Shown: one piece after another, positions 48,841-58,670 of the stretch
How the letters are laid out: every line of letters begins with the position of its first letter
How positions within the stretch are numbered: the first letter of the stretch is position 1
Assembly (NCBI GenBank): GCA_963676835.2
Contig: CAXXFF010000003.1
Coordinates: 768,001-832,000, forward strand
Length of the DNA stretch: 64,000 bases
DNA from: Marispirochaeta sp.
GTDB taxonomy: Bacteria > Spirochaetota > Spirochaetia > JC444 > Marispirochaetaceae
Direction of reading: 5' to 3'
Position numbers and translations under genes: made by a program
The notes under the pieces: generated by a model
The model's database searches: none
Told to the model about the DNA's origin: nothing
The model's input: only the letters and a program-made list of their open reading frames with translations

Positions 48841-49575
48841 ATGAACCAATTGTCAGACGATAAAACAATACTTGAGAAGATACAGCAGAAAACCGTTGTT
48901 TCTCAGGTTATGGAAAAAATCAAGGAACTCATTACCTCCGGCATGTACAAACCGGGAGATAAAATACCTACAGAACACGAGCTTGCAGACCGCTTCGGTA
49001 TTGGCCGCTCATCAATCCGGGAAGCGATAAAAATCTTTCAGCACCTTGGAATTCTCGAATCCAGGGTTCCAAAGGGAACCTTTCTCTGTTCCCGCAGCCA
49101 GGTCTCCACAGAAGCAATCAGCTGGTCTCTCCTTCTCGGCGATGATGACATGTGGGAAATTATGGAGCTCAGGGAAATTATTGAAGAAAAGGCCTTCCGC
49201 TCCATGATGCGGATAATAGCCGGCTCTCCGGAAAAAGCAGATGAAATTACAGGAAATCTGGAAATGATTGTAATAAACATGAGGGAAGCAGTTAAGACTG
49301 AATCTCTCAAGGATCTTATAAAAGCTGACTTCAACTTTCATGCCGCAGTGATCCGCTCCGGCGACAATGCCCTTTTCTTTTCCATATATCAGACTCTCCA
49401 CTCCTTTATGCATGAAGAAATCCGCCAGACCTATGCAAACATGAAAGACCTCAATGAAGTTGCAGCAGATCATGAAGAGATTCTTGCAGCCATTAAAAGC
49501 GGCGATATCCCCAGTGCCACCGCCAGGCACAGTGCACATTTCCAGAGAATATCAAGTCTTCTGGTTGGAAAGTAG
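48841..49575 (+). CDS. FadR/GntR family regulator
   Basis: PTEHELA..GRSSIREA, DFNFH. Confidence 0.9.
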   Translation: MNQLSDDKTILEKIQQKTVVSQVMEKIKELITSGMYKPGDKIPTEHELADRFGIGRSSIREAIKIFQHLGILESRVPKGTFLCSRSQVSTEAISWSLLLGDDDMWEIMELREIIEEKAFRSMMRIIAGSPEKADEITGNLEMIVINMREAVKTESLKDLIKADFNFHAAVIRSGDNALFFSIYQTLHSFMHEEIRQTYANMKDLNEVAADHEEILAAIKSGDIPSATARHSAHFQRISSLLVGK

Positions 49576-49627
49576 CTAAACAGGAAAATAAGATCCGGTG
49601 GTGAAAAATTGTTGACACACACAATCT

Positions 49628-49640
49628 ATTGTCATACAAT
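49628..49640. promoter_or_regulatory. Putative FadR-type operator
   Basis: Palindrome attgtcatacaat in the transaldolase promoter; related ttgtcagacga just inside the fadR start. Confidence 0.5.
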
Positions 49641-49677
49641 CCGATAATCGTCACATAAAACAAATAAGGAGATAATA

Positions 49678-50766
49678 ATGGGAAACTGGAAGGGACCGCT
49701 CCACGAAATGACCGGCACTTCTCCAACGGAATTCTGGAATGATTCATGTTCAAAGAAAGAGTTGTCATATGCTATTGAGAACGGTGCCAGCGGAGGAACC
49801 AGCAATCCGGTAATAGTTGGCAATGTACTTAAACAGGAACTGCCCGATTGGGAACCACGGATAAAAGAACTTTTTAATGAAATTCCCGAAGCCACAGAGG
49901 AAACTGTTGCCTGGAAAATAATAGAGGAGATGACTGTAAGCGCTGCGGAGCTTCTTAAACCTCAGTTTGATGCTTCCAAAGGAAAAAAAGGGCGCCTCTC
50001 CATTCAGACCGATCCCCGGCTTTTCCGGGACGGAAAAAAAATGGCCGCCCAGGCTGCTCACTTTGCCTCACTCTACCCCAATAACAATATCAAAATGCCC
50101 GTAACAAAAGCGGGAATCTATGCTTTCGAAGAGGCCACCTACCAGGGAATCAGCGTAAATGCCACAGTCTGTTTTACCGTTCCCCAGAGCCTTGCTGTCG
50201 CAGAGGCAGTGGAGCGGGGTCTGAAGCGCCGGGAGCAGGAGGGTAAGGATATTTCCACCATGAACCCGGTTTGTACCATCATGGTAGGCCGCCTTGATGA
50301 CTGGATTAAAATTGTAGCCGACCGTCAGGGAATAATCACCGATCCCGGTGTATTTGAATGGGCAGGTGTGGCTGCGATGAAAAAAGCCTACAGGATTTAT
50401 AAGGAAAGGGGCTATCGAACTATCCTGCTGGCAGCAGCCTACAGGAACCATATGCACTGGTCCGAATTTATCGGCGGAGAGCTTTCCATGACCATTCCTT
50501 ACGGCTGGCAGAAAAAATTCAACGCCTCGGACGTAACCGTAGAAAACAGAATCGACAAGCCCGTTGATCCCTGGATTATGAAAGAACTGGAAACCAAATT
50601 CAGCGAGTTTAACCGGGCCTACGCCGAAGACGGTCTTGCCCCGGAAGAATTTGAATCTTACGGCGCGACCAGACGCACTCTGCGTTCATTTAACTCAGGT
50701 TATCAGGATCTCTTGAACATGATCCGTGATATAATGGTGCCGGATCCCGATATTGCCGGGAAATAG
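49678..50766 (+). CDS. Transaldolase family protein (atypical WNDS subtype)
   Basis: FWNDSC, GTSNP, SIQTDP, IKMPVT (Schiff-base Lys), NATVCF, MVGRLDD. Confidence 0.85.
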   Translation: MGNWKGPLHEMTGTSPTEFWNDSCSKKELSYAIENGASGGTSNPVIVGNVLKQELPDWEPRIKELFNEIPEATEETVAWKIIEEMTVSAAELLKPQFDASKGKKGRLSIQTDPRLFRDGKKMAAQAAHFASLYPNNNIKMPVTKAGIYAFEEATYQGISVNATVCFTVPQSLAVAEAVERGLKRREQEGKDISTMNPVCTIMVGRLDDWIKIVADRQGIITDPGVFEWAGVAAMKKAYRIYKERGYRTILLAAAYRNHMHWSEFIGGELSMTIPYGWQKKFNASDVTVENRIDKPVDPWIMKELETKFSEFNRAYAEDGLAPEEFESYGATRRTLRSFNSGYQDLLNMIRDIMVPDPDIAGK

Positions 50767-50793
50767 GCATTGTAAAAAGGAGATTTGCACATA

Positions 50794-52269
50794 ATGAGAA
50801 AGCTACAGAACTTTGTAAACGGTAAATGGGTTGATCCCGCCGGCGCATCTTATCTTGATGTTGAAAACCCCAGTACAGGCGACACCATTGCTCAGGTTCC
50901 TCTTACCTCCAAAGAAGAGACGGACAAAGCAATAGAAGCAGCTCATACTGCCTATCTTGAATGGAAAAATGTGCCTGTATCCCGCAGAGTAAATTATCTC
51001 TTCAAGCTGCGTACCCTGCTTGAAGAAAATGAAGAAAAAATCAGCCGTATTCTGGTTGAAGAGATGGGAAAATCTCTGCCCGATGCAAGAGCGGAGATGA
51101 AGCGGGTATTTGAGAATGTGGAGGTTGCCTGCGGAATGCCGGTACTGCAGCAGGGCGATAAACTGATTGGAGCATCCTTTGAAATGGACGGAGAAGTTAT
51201 CCGCCTGCCCATGGGTGTCTTTGCCATGATTGCCCCCTTCAACTTCCCAGCCATGGTGCCCTTCTGGTTTCTCCCCTACGCTATTGCCACCGGCAACTGT
51301 TATGTCGTAAAGGCTTCCAAACAGGTACCGGGCACCATGAACTTTATTACCGAGCTTATTGAACAGACAGGCCTTCCTGCCGGTGTTTTCACCCTGCTCA
51401 ATGGAGATAAAACCGTTGCAAATGCGTTTATGGAAAATCCCCTCATACAGGGAGTCTCTCTTGTAGGCTCAACACCTACCTGTAAGGTAGTTGCCCGTAA
51501 ATGCGGAGAACAGGGAAAACGGTTCCAGGCCATGGGGGGTGCAAAAAACCACCTGGTGGTAATGCCCGATGCCCGCATCGATGACGTAATCCGCAACATG
51601 ATTACCTCCTGTTTCGGATGCGCCGGACAGCGCTGTATGGCGGCATCGGCAATCGTCTGCGTAGGTGACGATACGTATAAAACTGTGACTGATAAATTTG
51701 TGGCTGCAGCTAAAGAGGTAATTACCACAAACCCCCTTGATCCCTCCGTGGCAGACGAAGGAATGGTAATGGGACCGGTTATTTCAGCCAAAGCAAAAGA
51801 GTTTATTATCAAGATGATCGATACCGGAGTGGAAGAAGGAGCCGAACTCCTTCTGGATGGACGGGGTCTTGAAATAAAAGGGTATGAGAAAGGTCATTTT
51901 GTAGGAGCTACGGTATTCGGCAAGGTGAAACCGGGCATGCAGATTCACTCAACCGAAATCTTCGGACCCGTTGTGGTTATCCTGAAAGTTGACAACCTGG
52001 ATGAAGCCATTAAGATCATAAACGATCATCAGTATGGTAACGGCGCCTCCATCTATACCCAGAACGGATATTATGCACGGAAGTTTAAAATAGACACCAA
52101 TGCCGGGATGATCGGTATAAATGTCGGGATTCCTGCACCGGTGGCCTACCTTCCCTTTGGTGGCATGAAAAACTCACAGCTGGCCGATATCAAGGCTCAG
52201 GGAAAGGCGGTGGTTAATTTCTTTACGGAAGATAAAATTGTTACCGAACGTTTCTGGCAGGAACCTTAA
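50794..52269 (+). CDS. CoA-acylating (methyl)malonate-semialdehyde dehydrogenase-like ALDH
   Basis: PFNFPAM, GGAKNH, GCAGQRCMA, EIFGP, GINVGIPAP. Confidence 0.85.
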   Translation: MRKLQNFVNGKWVDPAGASYLDVENPSTGDTIAQVPLTSKEETDKAIEAAHTAYLEWKNVPVSRRVNYLFKLRTLLEENEEKISRILVEEMGKSLPDARAEMKRVFENVEVACGMPVLQQGDKLIGASFEMDGEVIRLPMGVFAMIAPFNFPAMVPFWFLPYAIATGNCYVVKASKQVPGTMNFITELIEQTGLPAGVFTLLNGDKTVANAFMENPLIQGVSLVGSTPTCKVVARKCGEQGKRFQAMGGAKNHLVVMPDARIDDVIRNMITSCFGCAGQRCMAASAIVCVGDDTYKTVTDKFVAAAKEVITTNPLDPSVADEGMVMGPVISAKAKEFIIKMIDTGVEEGAELLLDGRGLEIKGYEKGHFVGATVFGKVKPGMQIHSTEIFGPVVVILKVDNLDEAIKIINDHQYGNGASIYTQNGYYARKFKIDTNAGMIGINVGIPAPVAYLPFGGMKNSQLADIKAQGKAVVNFFTEDKIVTERFWQEP

Positions 52270-52395
52270 TATGAGAGACCAACGAGACTAGAATATATGC
52301 ATCATCCGCCAAAGCATCTGATGATAACATCATATACTCTTGTTGTTTAATGATTATCAACCATTTATACTGTCCATCATGAGAGGTATCTTGAG

Positions 52396-53127
52396 ATGGA
52401 CATTAAACAGGTCAAACAGCGAACAGTGGCATTTCAGGTTATTGAGCAGTTGAAGCAGCTGATAGCGGCTGGATCATTAAAGCCTGGTGATAAAATGCCA
52501 AATGAATATGAATTAGCCGAACTGTTTGGTGTAGGACGTTCAACTATTAGAGAAGTTCTGAAGATCTTTCAATACCTGGGTATAATAGAACTCAGGAATC
52601 CAAAGGGTACGTATATATGCGACAGCACAAAAATTTCATCTGAAGCGTTTATATGGTCAATACTGCTTGGCAAGAAAGATTTTGCTGAAATAAGCGAACT
52701 CCGTACAGCCATGGAACATCAGGGATTATGGTCTCTAATGCAGCTCCACAGGAACGATCAGAAACAAAGAGAAAAGACCATACAACTCCTTGAAGATGAA
52801 ATCGCTACAATGCGTGGCCCCGTGTACAATTCTCCGGATTACCAGATTATTGCAGATTTTAATTTCCATGGGCACATAATAGCAGTGTGCAACAACGAAT
52901 TATTTAGTAACATTTACCGCACAGTTCGTGAATTTCTTATTTCTGGAATAAAAAACTCACTGAACGTGCATGGTCTCAGCACCAACCTGCCTGAAGAACA
53001 CGAATATCTGGTAGAAGCACTCAGAGAAAACAACTACCAGAAAGCAGTTGAACTATTCAGAGCTCATCATGTATTACCTGGGGCAGAACCTCCTGCTCAC
53101 AATCCAACCGCAAGCTCCCAGTCGTAG
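52396..53127 (+). CDS. FadR/GntR family regulator (paralog of 48841)
   Basis: PNEYELA..GRSTIRE, ADFNFH; 3' end overlaps tolC by 31 bp. Confidence 0.85.
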   Translation: MDIKQVKQRTVAFQVIEQLKQLIAAGSLKPGDKMPNEYELAELFGVGRSTIREVLKIFQYLGIIELRNPKGTYICDSTKISSEAFIWSILLGKKDFAEISELRTAMEHQGLWSLMQLHRNDQKQREKTIQLLEDEIATMRGPVYNSPDYQIIADFNFHGHIIAVCNNELFSNIYRTVREFLISGIKNSLNVHGLSTNLPEEHEYLVEALRENNYQKAVELFRAHHVLPGAEPPAHNPTASSQS

Positions 53128-54419
53128 TAGAGTGCTCTGTAGGTATACAGGGCATACTGGAGGTTCATACTGGACTGAGCCAGATTTGTCCCCGCCTGGG
53201 AAACCGCCAGCTGAGTCCCCAATCCATTTGCAAGAGCTGCGCGGGAGAGCGCATACGCCCTTTCTGTAGCATCTTTCAGAACCCTGGCGGAATCAATCCG
53301 TTTTCGGGCTTCCTGCATCTGAAGATTCAGGGAAAGCAGTTCCTGCTCGATTTCGTCCTGCTTTTTGAGGATTTCCAGACTGCGCTTCTCTTTCTCTATG
53401 GATGCACTGCGAACAAGGGATGTACGGTATCCTCCGGTATACACCGGCATTGAAACAGTAACGCCAAGCTGCATGCTGGTGAAATCATAATCGCTGAATG
53501 AAGTTCCGTTTCCATATCCACCGACCGCATAGGAGAAACTGGTGCTGACAGTAGGCAGAAATGAAGCCAGAGCCGCCTTTTTGGCTATATCTGCAATTTC
53601 CCGCGCAATTACCTGAGCCTGATAGTCTCCCCGCTTATTCAGCACCTCAATGAACGAAAGTTCACCGGGCAGATCCGGAAGCTCTTCCTGATCCTCCACC
53701 AGGGTAATTTCTTTGTCCGGTTCTATTCCCCCCAGCATTTTCAGGCCCATCATGGCAAGGTCGGCATTTTTCCGCGCTTCAGCGGTGGCGGATATTGCAC
53801 TTTTCCAATCTACTTCCGCCATACGCAGATCCAGTTCGGTCACCACCCCGGCCTCATATTTTTTTTGGATATTCTCATAGACTTCACTTGAAGTCTTCTC
53901 AAGATCAGCCTGAACATCCGCAATGGCATAGGACAGCTGAACCTGGGCATAAAGTTTCTTCGCAGCGGTCAGTATGCTCTTGCGGGTGAAGGTATCCACA
54001 TTTCCCTGAATCTGGCGGTTACGCCTTGCCTGTGCATAGCGGGCAGTTGCCTCGGGATTCAGGATTGTCTGGCTTATCCCCGCTGCAAGGGTCAGCTCAT
54101 TATCCATGTTGGTATCCACATCCTGAAAGACCAGAGGTTGTCCGGCACCGGCAGAGGCCACTGCGGTGGACTGCATAATATCTGTCAGGTTGCGCACATA
54201 ATCCGCGGAAACTCCCACAGCAGGCAGCAGGGCCGCACGTGCCTGTACAACACTTTCTGAGGCGGATGCCACATTCTGTCTGGACAGAGCGATATCCGGA
54301 TTGTCCGAAGAGACCTTCTGCAGATAATCCTCAAGACTGAGATCCTCTCCAAAGAGTGAAGTACCGGCAAGAAGCAGAAGGACAGACAACAGTAAGCTTA
54401 ATAAGAGTGATTTGTTCAT
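53097..54419 (-). CDS. TolC family outer membrane protein
   Basis: ARAALLP, KYEAGVVTELD, ASFLP, SMPVYTGG. Confidence 0.85.
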   Translation of the reverse strand: MNKSLLLSLLLSVLLLLAGTSLFGEDLSLEDYLQKVSSDNPDIALSRQNVASASESVVQARAALLPAVGVSADYVRNLTDIMQSTAVASAGAGQPLVFQDVDTNMDNELTLAAGISQTILNPEATARYAQARRNRQIQGNVDTFTRKSILTAAKKLYAQVQLSYAIADVQADLEKTSSEVYENIQKKYEAGVVTELDLRMAEVDWKSAISATAEARKNADLAMMGLKMLGGIEPDKEITLVEDQEELPDLPGELSFIEVLNKRGDYQAQVIAREIADIAKKAALASFLPTVSTSFSYAVGGYGNGTSFSDYDFTSMQLGVTVSMPVYTGGYRTSLVRSASIEKEKRSLEILKKQDEIEQELLSLNLQMQEARKRIDSARVLKDATERAYALSRAALANGLGTQLAVSQAGTNLAQSSMNLQYALYTYRALYYDWELAVGL

Positions 54420-57400
54420 TATACAGAAACCTCGGAGACCGGTGCGGTATTCCTGTGGGAGAACAGGAACTCGAGAACCGGCAGAAGAATTAGGGTTAAA
54501 ACCATGGCTGAAAGAATACCGCCAATGATAACCACTCCCATGGGCTGACGCATTTCGGCGCCGGAAGCCCCGAGCCCAAGGGCCATGGGCAGCATTCCCA
54601 GTACAATGGCGATATTACTCATAAGTACCGGCTTCAGTTTAAGCCGGCATGCGGTTATCAGAGCTTCCCGTACCGGAATCCCCTGTTCCCGCTGCTGATT
54701 GTAATAATCAAGAATAAGAATTGCATTGTTTACAACAATTCCCACCAGCATGATAATACCGAGCATGGAGATAATGTTGAGAACAGTCCCGGTTCCGATA
54801 CAGATAAGGATAACCCCCATCAATGAGAGGGGAACCGTAGAAAGGATGAACAGGGGCTGGGTAAAACTCTCCAGGGTTGCCGCCAGAAGCATATAGGTCA
54901 GAACAACTGCAACAAAGAAGGCGATTATAAGGTTGCGTACAGTCTCCATGAACATTTCCGCACTGGAGCCCTGGGAGATTCCGTAGCCTTGAGGAAAGTT
55001 ATACTGCTCCACCGCGGCGGTAGCTGCACCCAGGACATTACCCTGGGAATAGCCTGGAAGCGTACTTGCACTTATTTCGATGGTACGTTCCTTGTCGCTT
55101 CGCATGATTTTATTACTTCCGGATGAAAACTCCAGCTCTGCATAGCGGGACAGGGGATACACCCCGGCGGCGGAGACTATGGGGATATTTTTCAGATCCT
55201 CCATATCCTGAAGAGACTCATCCTTGATGGTCACCAGGATATCGTACTCCTGTCCGCCTTCCTTGTAGGTTGCTGCCACCATGCCGTCCACTGCCGCACG
55301 CAGATTGAGGGCAACCGCCTGGACTGTCAATCCGTCCTCGGCAATCTGTTTACGGATGGGATGAAACACAAGTTCCGTCTTCCCCGCCTTTGAACTGAGG
55401 GAGGTATTGGTTATCCCCGGAACCCCGGCGACAATCTGCTTCAAATCCTCCGCAACAGTCTGCAGTACCGCAAGATCAGGCCCCTGGAGATTAAAGGAAA
55501 CCGGCGCCTGCTGGCCAGAAACCCGCAATTCGCTTACCGGGGTAACCCGGATCACAGCTCCGGGAATGTCCGACAGGAGCCGTGTTACCTCTGCAGCTAT
55601 CTGTTCATTGGATTTTGACCGTGCAGACTTTTCCGTAAGCAGAATGTCGATCTGGGCAACGCTTACATCGCTGTCCATCTGCCCCATGGTTCCAAGATTC
55701 TCAAGAACTGTAATTACATCTTCCCTGGCGGCAAGACGGTCTTCTATAAGCTTTACTACAGCAGCAGTACTTGCCAGGTCATTCCCCTGGGGAAGTTCCA
55801 CATCAATCTGAACCTTGCCGCCGTCGGTCTGGGGAAACTGTTCAAACTCCATATACCTGCCCAGCGAAAGAGTTGCGCCGAAAAGAACGAGAACAGTCAG
55901 GACAACAACTATTCCCCGGATTCGATTTTTCAGCAGACCTCTGAGAATCCAGCCGTAAGCGTCTTCCCAGCGGGAAAACAGATGTTCAAGCCAGCGGCTG
56001 ACTACTCCTTCACGCTTAACCTGTACCGGCAGTATTCTGCTGGCCATCATTGGTGTGAGGGTAAAAGAGACAACAAAGGAGAAGACCGTTGCAATAACAA
56101 TGGTATAGGCGAAGTTACTTAAAACCTGCCCCATAATACCCGAGACCATTCCAAGGGGAACAAAAACTGCAATATTGGTTAGCGTGGAGGCAAAAACCGC
56201 AACGGTAACCTCTTTTGAACCGATTACCGCGGACTCTATCCTGCCGTGCCCATGCTCCTTGTGACGGAAAATATTCTCAAGAACCACCACCGAGTTGGCC
56301 ACCAGGGTACCTATGGCACTGGAAATACCCATAAGAGAGAGCATATTCAGACTTATCCCCATGGCCTTCATAATCAGGAAGGTGGAAATAATCGAGAAGG
56401 GCATGGCAAGCACAACAATAAGGGTAGACCGGAGATCGTGAAGGAAAAACAGCAGTACAAGACCGGTAAAGAGTATTCCAAGATAGACATTGTTCAGGGT
56501 GTCATCCACGGAATCCCGGACATAGGTTCCGTCTTCACTGATTACCTTCAGCTGTATACGTCCTCCGGCCTCTTCCTCAATCTCATCTATTCTCTTCATT
56601 ACCCCTTTCACAACATCCACGGTATTGGCGGAAGGATTCTTGATCACCTTCAACAGAACAGCATTCTCTTCGTAGGTATCGGAAGACTTATCAAGAAACA
56701 CCGTCCGTTCCCGGACATCTGCAGTGGCGTCATTAATATCCGCAAGCTGCCGCAGCTTGAAAGTACCCGTAGCGGTGCTTATATCCAGATTGCGGATATC
56801 ATCAAGTGATTCAAACTCACCGTCCAGGCGGACCGGCAGATCCCGGTTCTGATAGAGCAGGTTTCCTCCGGGGAGTTCGATACCGGCAGCACCGAGAACA
56901 CCGGTTATCTGCAGGGGAGAAACAAGCTGGGAGAACACAGTAGCCCTGTCAAGTTCCACCCGAATTTCCCGTTCCCGTCCGCCGGCAAGATCAACATTAC
57001 CCACACCGTCTATCTGGGAAAGCCTGTCCCGGATAATAGTGCTTCCGTAGGTGTAGAGTTCGGTAGGGGGCATATCCCCCTCGAGAATAATACTTACCAC
57101 CGGCATCATCGAAGCAATATTGACCTTGGTTATTGCAGGAGCTTCCGCGTCTTCGGGAAGATCGGAGAGTATAACCTCAACCTTGTCTTTCACTTCCTGA
57201 AGGGCCAGGTTTTCATCCTTATCAAGGTTAAACTCCGCCATCACAATGGAAACACTGTCCATGGAGTAAGAGGTAATACGGTCAAGCTGGCCGACTGAAG
57301 ATATCTGATCTTCGATGGGTTTGGTTATCTGGGATTCAATAACCTCAGGACTTGCACCGGGATACACCGTCTGAATGGTTACATAGGGAATCTTTATATC

Positions 57401-57514
57401 CGGGAGCAGACTTATGGGGATAGCCATATATGCCAGGGCACCGAAAAGCACCAGAGCAAGGATACCCATAAGCATCATAACAGGCCGTTTAACTGAGAGA
57501 TCTACTATATGCAT
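54419..57514 (-). CDS. RND efflux permease (AcrB/CzcA superfamily)
   Basis: 1031 aa; SVKRPV, YPGASP, VVVLENI, VNNAILI, LKPVLMS. Confidence 0.93.
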   Translation of the reverse strand: MHIVDLSVKRPVMMLMGILALVLFGALAYMAIPISLLPDIKIPYVTIQTVYPGASPEVIESQITKPIEDQISSVGQLDRITSYSMDSVSIVMAEFNLDKDENLALQEVKDKVEVILSDLPEDAEAPAITKVNIASMMPVVSIILEGDMPPTELYTYGSTIIRDRLSQIDGVGNVDLAGGREREIRVELDRATVFSQLVSPLQITGVLGAAGIELPGGNLLYQNRDLPVRLDGEFESLDDIRNLDISTATGTFKLRQLADINDATADVRERTVFLDKSSDTYEENAVLLKVIKNPSANTVDVVKGVMKRIDEIEEEAGGRIQLKVISEDGTYVRDSVDDTLNNVYLGILFTGLVLLFFLHDLRSTLIVVLAMPFSIISTFLIMKAMGISLNMLSLMGISSAIGTLVANSVVVLENIFRHKEHGHGRIESAVIGSKEVTVAVFASTLTNIAVFVPLGMVSGIMGQVLSNFAYTIVIATVFSFVVSFTLTPMMASRILPVQVKREGVVSRWLEHLFSRWEDAYGWILRGLLKNRIRGIVVVLTVLVLFGATLSLGRYMEFEQFPQTDGGKVQIDVELPQGNDLASTAAVVKLIEDRLAAREDVITVLENLGTMGQMDSDVSVAQIDILLTEKSARSKSNEQIAAEVTRLLSDIPGAVIRVTPVSELRVSGQQAPVSFNLQGPDLAVLQTVAEDLKQIVAGVPGITNTSLSSKAGKTELVFHPIRKQIAEDGLTVQAVALNLRAAVDGMVAATYKEGGQEYDILVTIKDESLQDMEDLKNIPIVSAAGVYPLSRYAELEFSSGSNKIMRSDKERTIEISASTLPGYSQGNVLGAATAAVEQYNFPQGYGISQGSSAEMFMETVRNLIIAFFVAVVLTYMLLAATLESFTQPLFILSTVPLSLMGVILICIGTGTVLNIISMLGIIMLVGIVVNNAILILDYYNQQREQGIPVREALITACRLKLKPVLMSNIAIVLGMLPMALGLGASGAEMRQPMGVVIIGGILSAMVLTLILLPVLEFLFSHRNTAPVSEVSV

Positions 57515-57528
57515 GTCAGTACGCCTGC

Positions 57529-58581
57529 CTAGTTGCCCGATACCAGCCGGTCGATGATCTTAACCGGAACATTGTCTGTCAGATTCTGAGAGCCGTCGGT
57601 TATCAGCAGATCCCCGGCAACAAGGCCTTCAAGGATTTCAAACTCCAGTCCCCGGATTCTGCCGACTGAGAGTCTGTGCTGAACAGCCCTGTTCTCTTCT
57701 GCCACATACGCGTACCATCCACTGCCTGTCTGGACCAGATCCTTGCGCTTTACAACCAGGGCATCATCCCGGTGATAGGATTCAACCTCAACATCGACGC
57801 TCATACCGCTGACCAGGGATTTAGGCGTTCCGGAAAAATATGCCCTTGCAGGAAATGCCTTTTTTCTGGGATCAAGATTGAGGGCAAGCTCTGATACATA
57901 CCCCGTAAGTGTTTCACTGCCGCTTTCTATCTTTGCTCTTGCCCCGGTAATAATGCTTTCTATTTCTCCCGGGGTTACATAAAAGAGTGCTTCGTATCCC
58001 TCAAGATCCGATACAGTAAACAGGCTGTCTCCGGGGGCAACATTGGCACTTTTTTTAACATTGATACGGGTAAGATAGCCGGATATTGGCGCCCGGACCT
58101 CGATAAGGTCGCTTATGGATTTAAAGCTTTCCCGGGCTATCTCGTACTGGGTGCGGACATTATCAAAATCCTGACGGGAAACTCCGTTTTCGTCAAAAAG
58201 CGCTTTTGTACGTTTAAAAGCGGCCTCTGCACTCTCAAAACCAAGCCGAGCCTGCTGGTACTGGGGATTATCCAGAGAAAGTGACACCACAACCTGGTCC
58301 TTCTCAACGAAGTCCCCGACAGAAAAACCAACTTCCCGGACAACCTCACTTAAAGAAGCATAGGCGGTTGATTCGGTCTGAGCGTTAAACTGGGCAGGGA
58401 AATTGAGATAGACCGAAAAAGGTTCGCTGCTCATCATGCGAACATTTACGGGTACACCCTCTTCCTGGTGAATCTGGGACATGCTTTTTGCTGTCTCTTC
58501 TGCTGCTTTGCCGGAACATCCGGTAAGCAGTGCAACTGCGCTTACTAAACAAATGCTTATTACAGCATGGAATCTTTTCAT
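57529..58581 (-). CDS. RND periplasmic adaptor (MFP)
   Basis: Lipobox LTGC, VRAPISG, GL.AGD. Confidence 0.88.
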   Translation of the reverse strand: MKRFHAVISICLVSAVALLTGCSGKAAEETAKSMSQIHQEEGVPVNVRMMSSEPFSVYLNFPAQFNAQTESTAYASLSEVVREVGFSVGDFVEKDQVVVSLSLDNPQYQQARLGFESAEAAFKRTKALFDENGVSRQDFDNVRTQYEIARESFKSISDLIEVRAPISGYLTRINVKKSANVAPGDSLFTVSDLEGYEALFYVTPGEIESIITGARAKIESGSETLTGYVSELALNLDPRKKAFPARAYFSGTPKSLVSGMSVDVEVESYHRDDALVVKRKDLVQTGSGWYAYVAEENRAVQHRLSVGRIRGLEFEILEGLVAGDLLITDGSQNLTDNVPVKIIDRLVSGN

Positions 58582-58608
58582 CTGAATCTTCCTGTATCCA
58601 TGTATCAC

Positions 58609-58640
58609 TTGAACGGCATTCAATTATGAACACTGTTCAT
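58609..58640. promoter_or_regulatory. Tandem 15-bp palindromes, putative TetR operators
   Basis: ttgaacggcattcaa (58609-58623) and atgaacactgttcat (58626-58640). Confidence 0.6.
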
Positions 58641-58670
58641 TTTTAAATATAAAAAAAAGGATAGTTAAAG

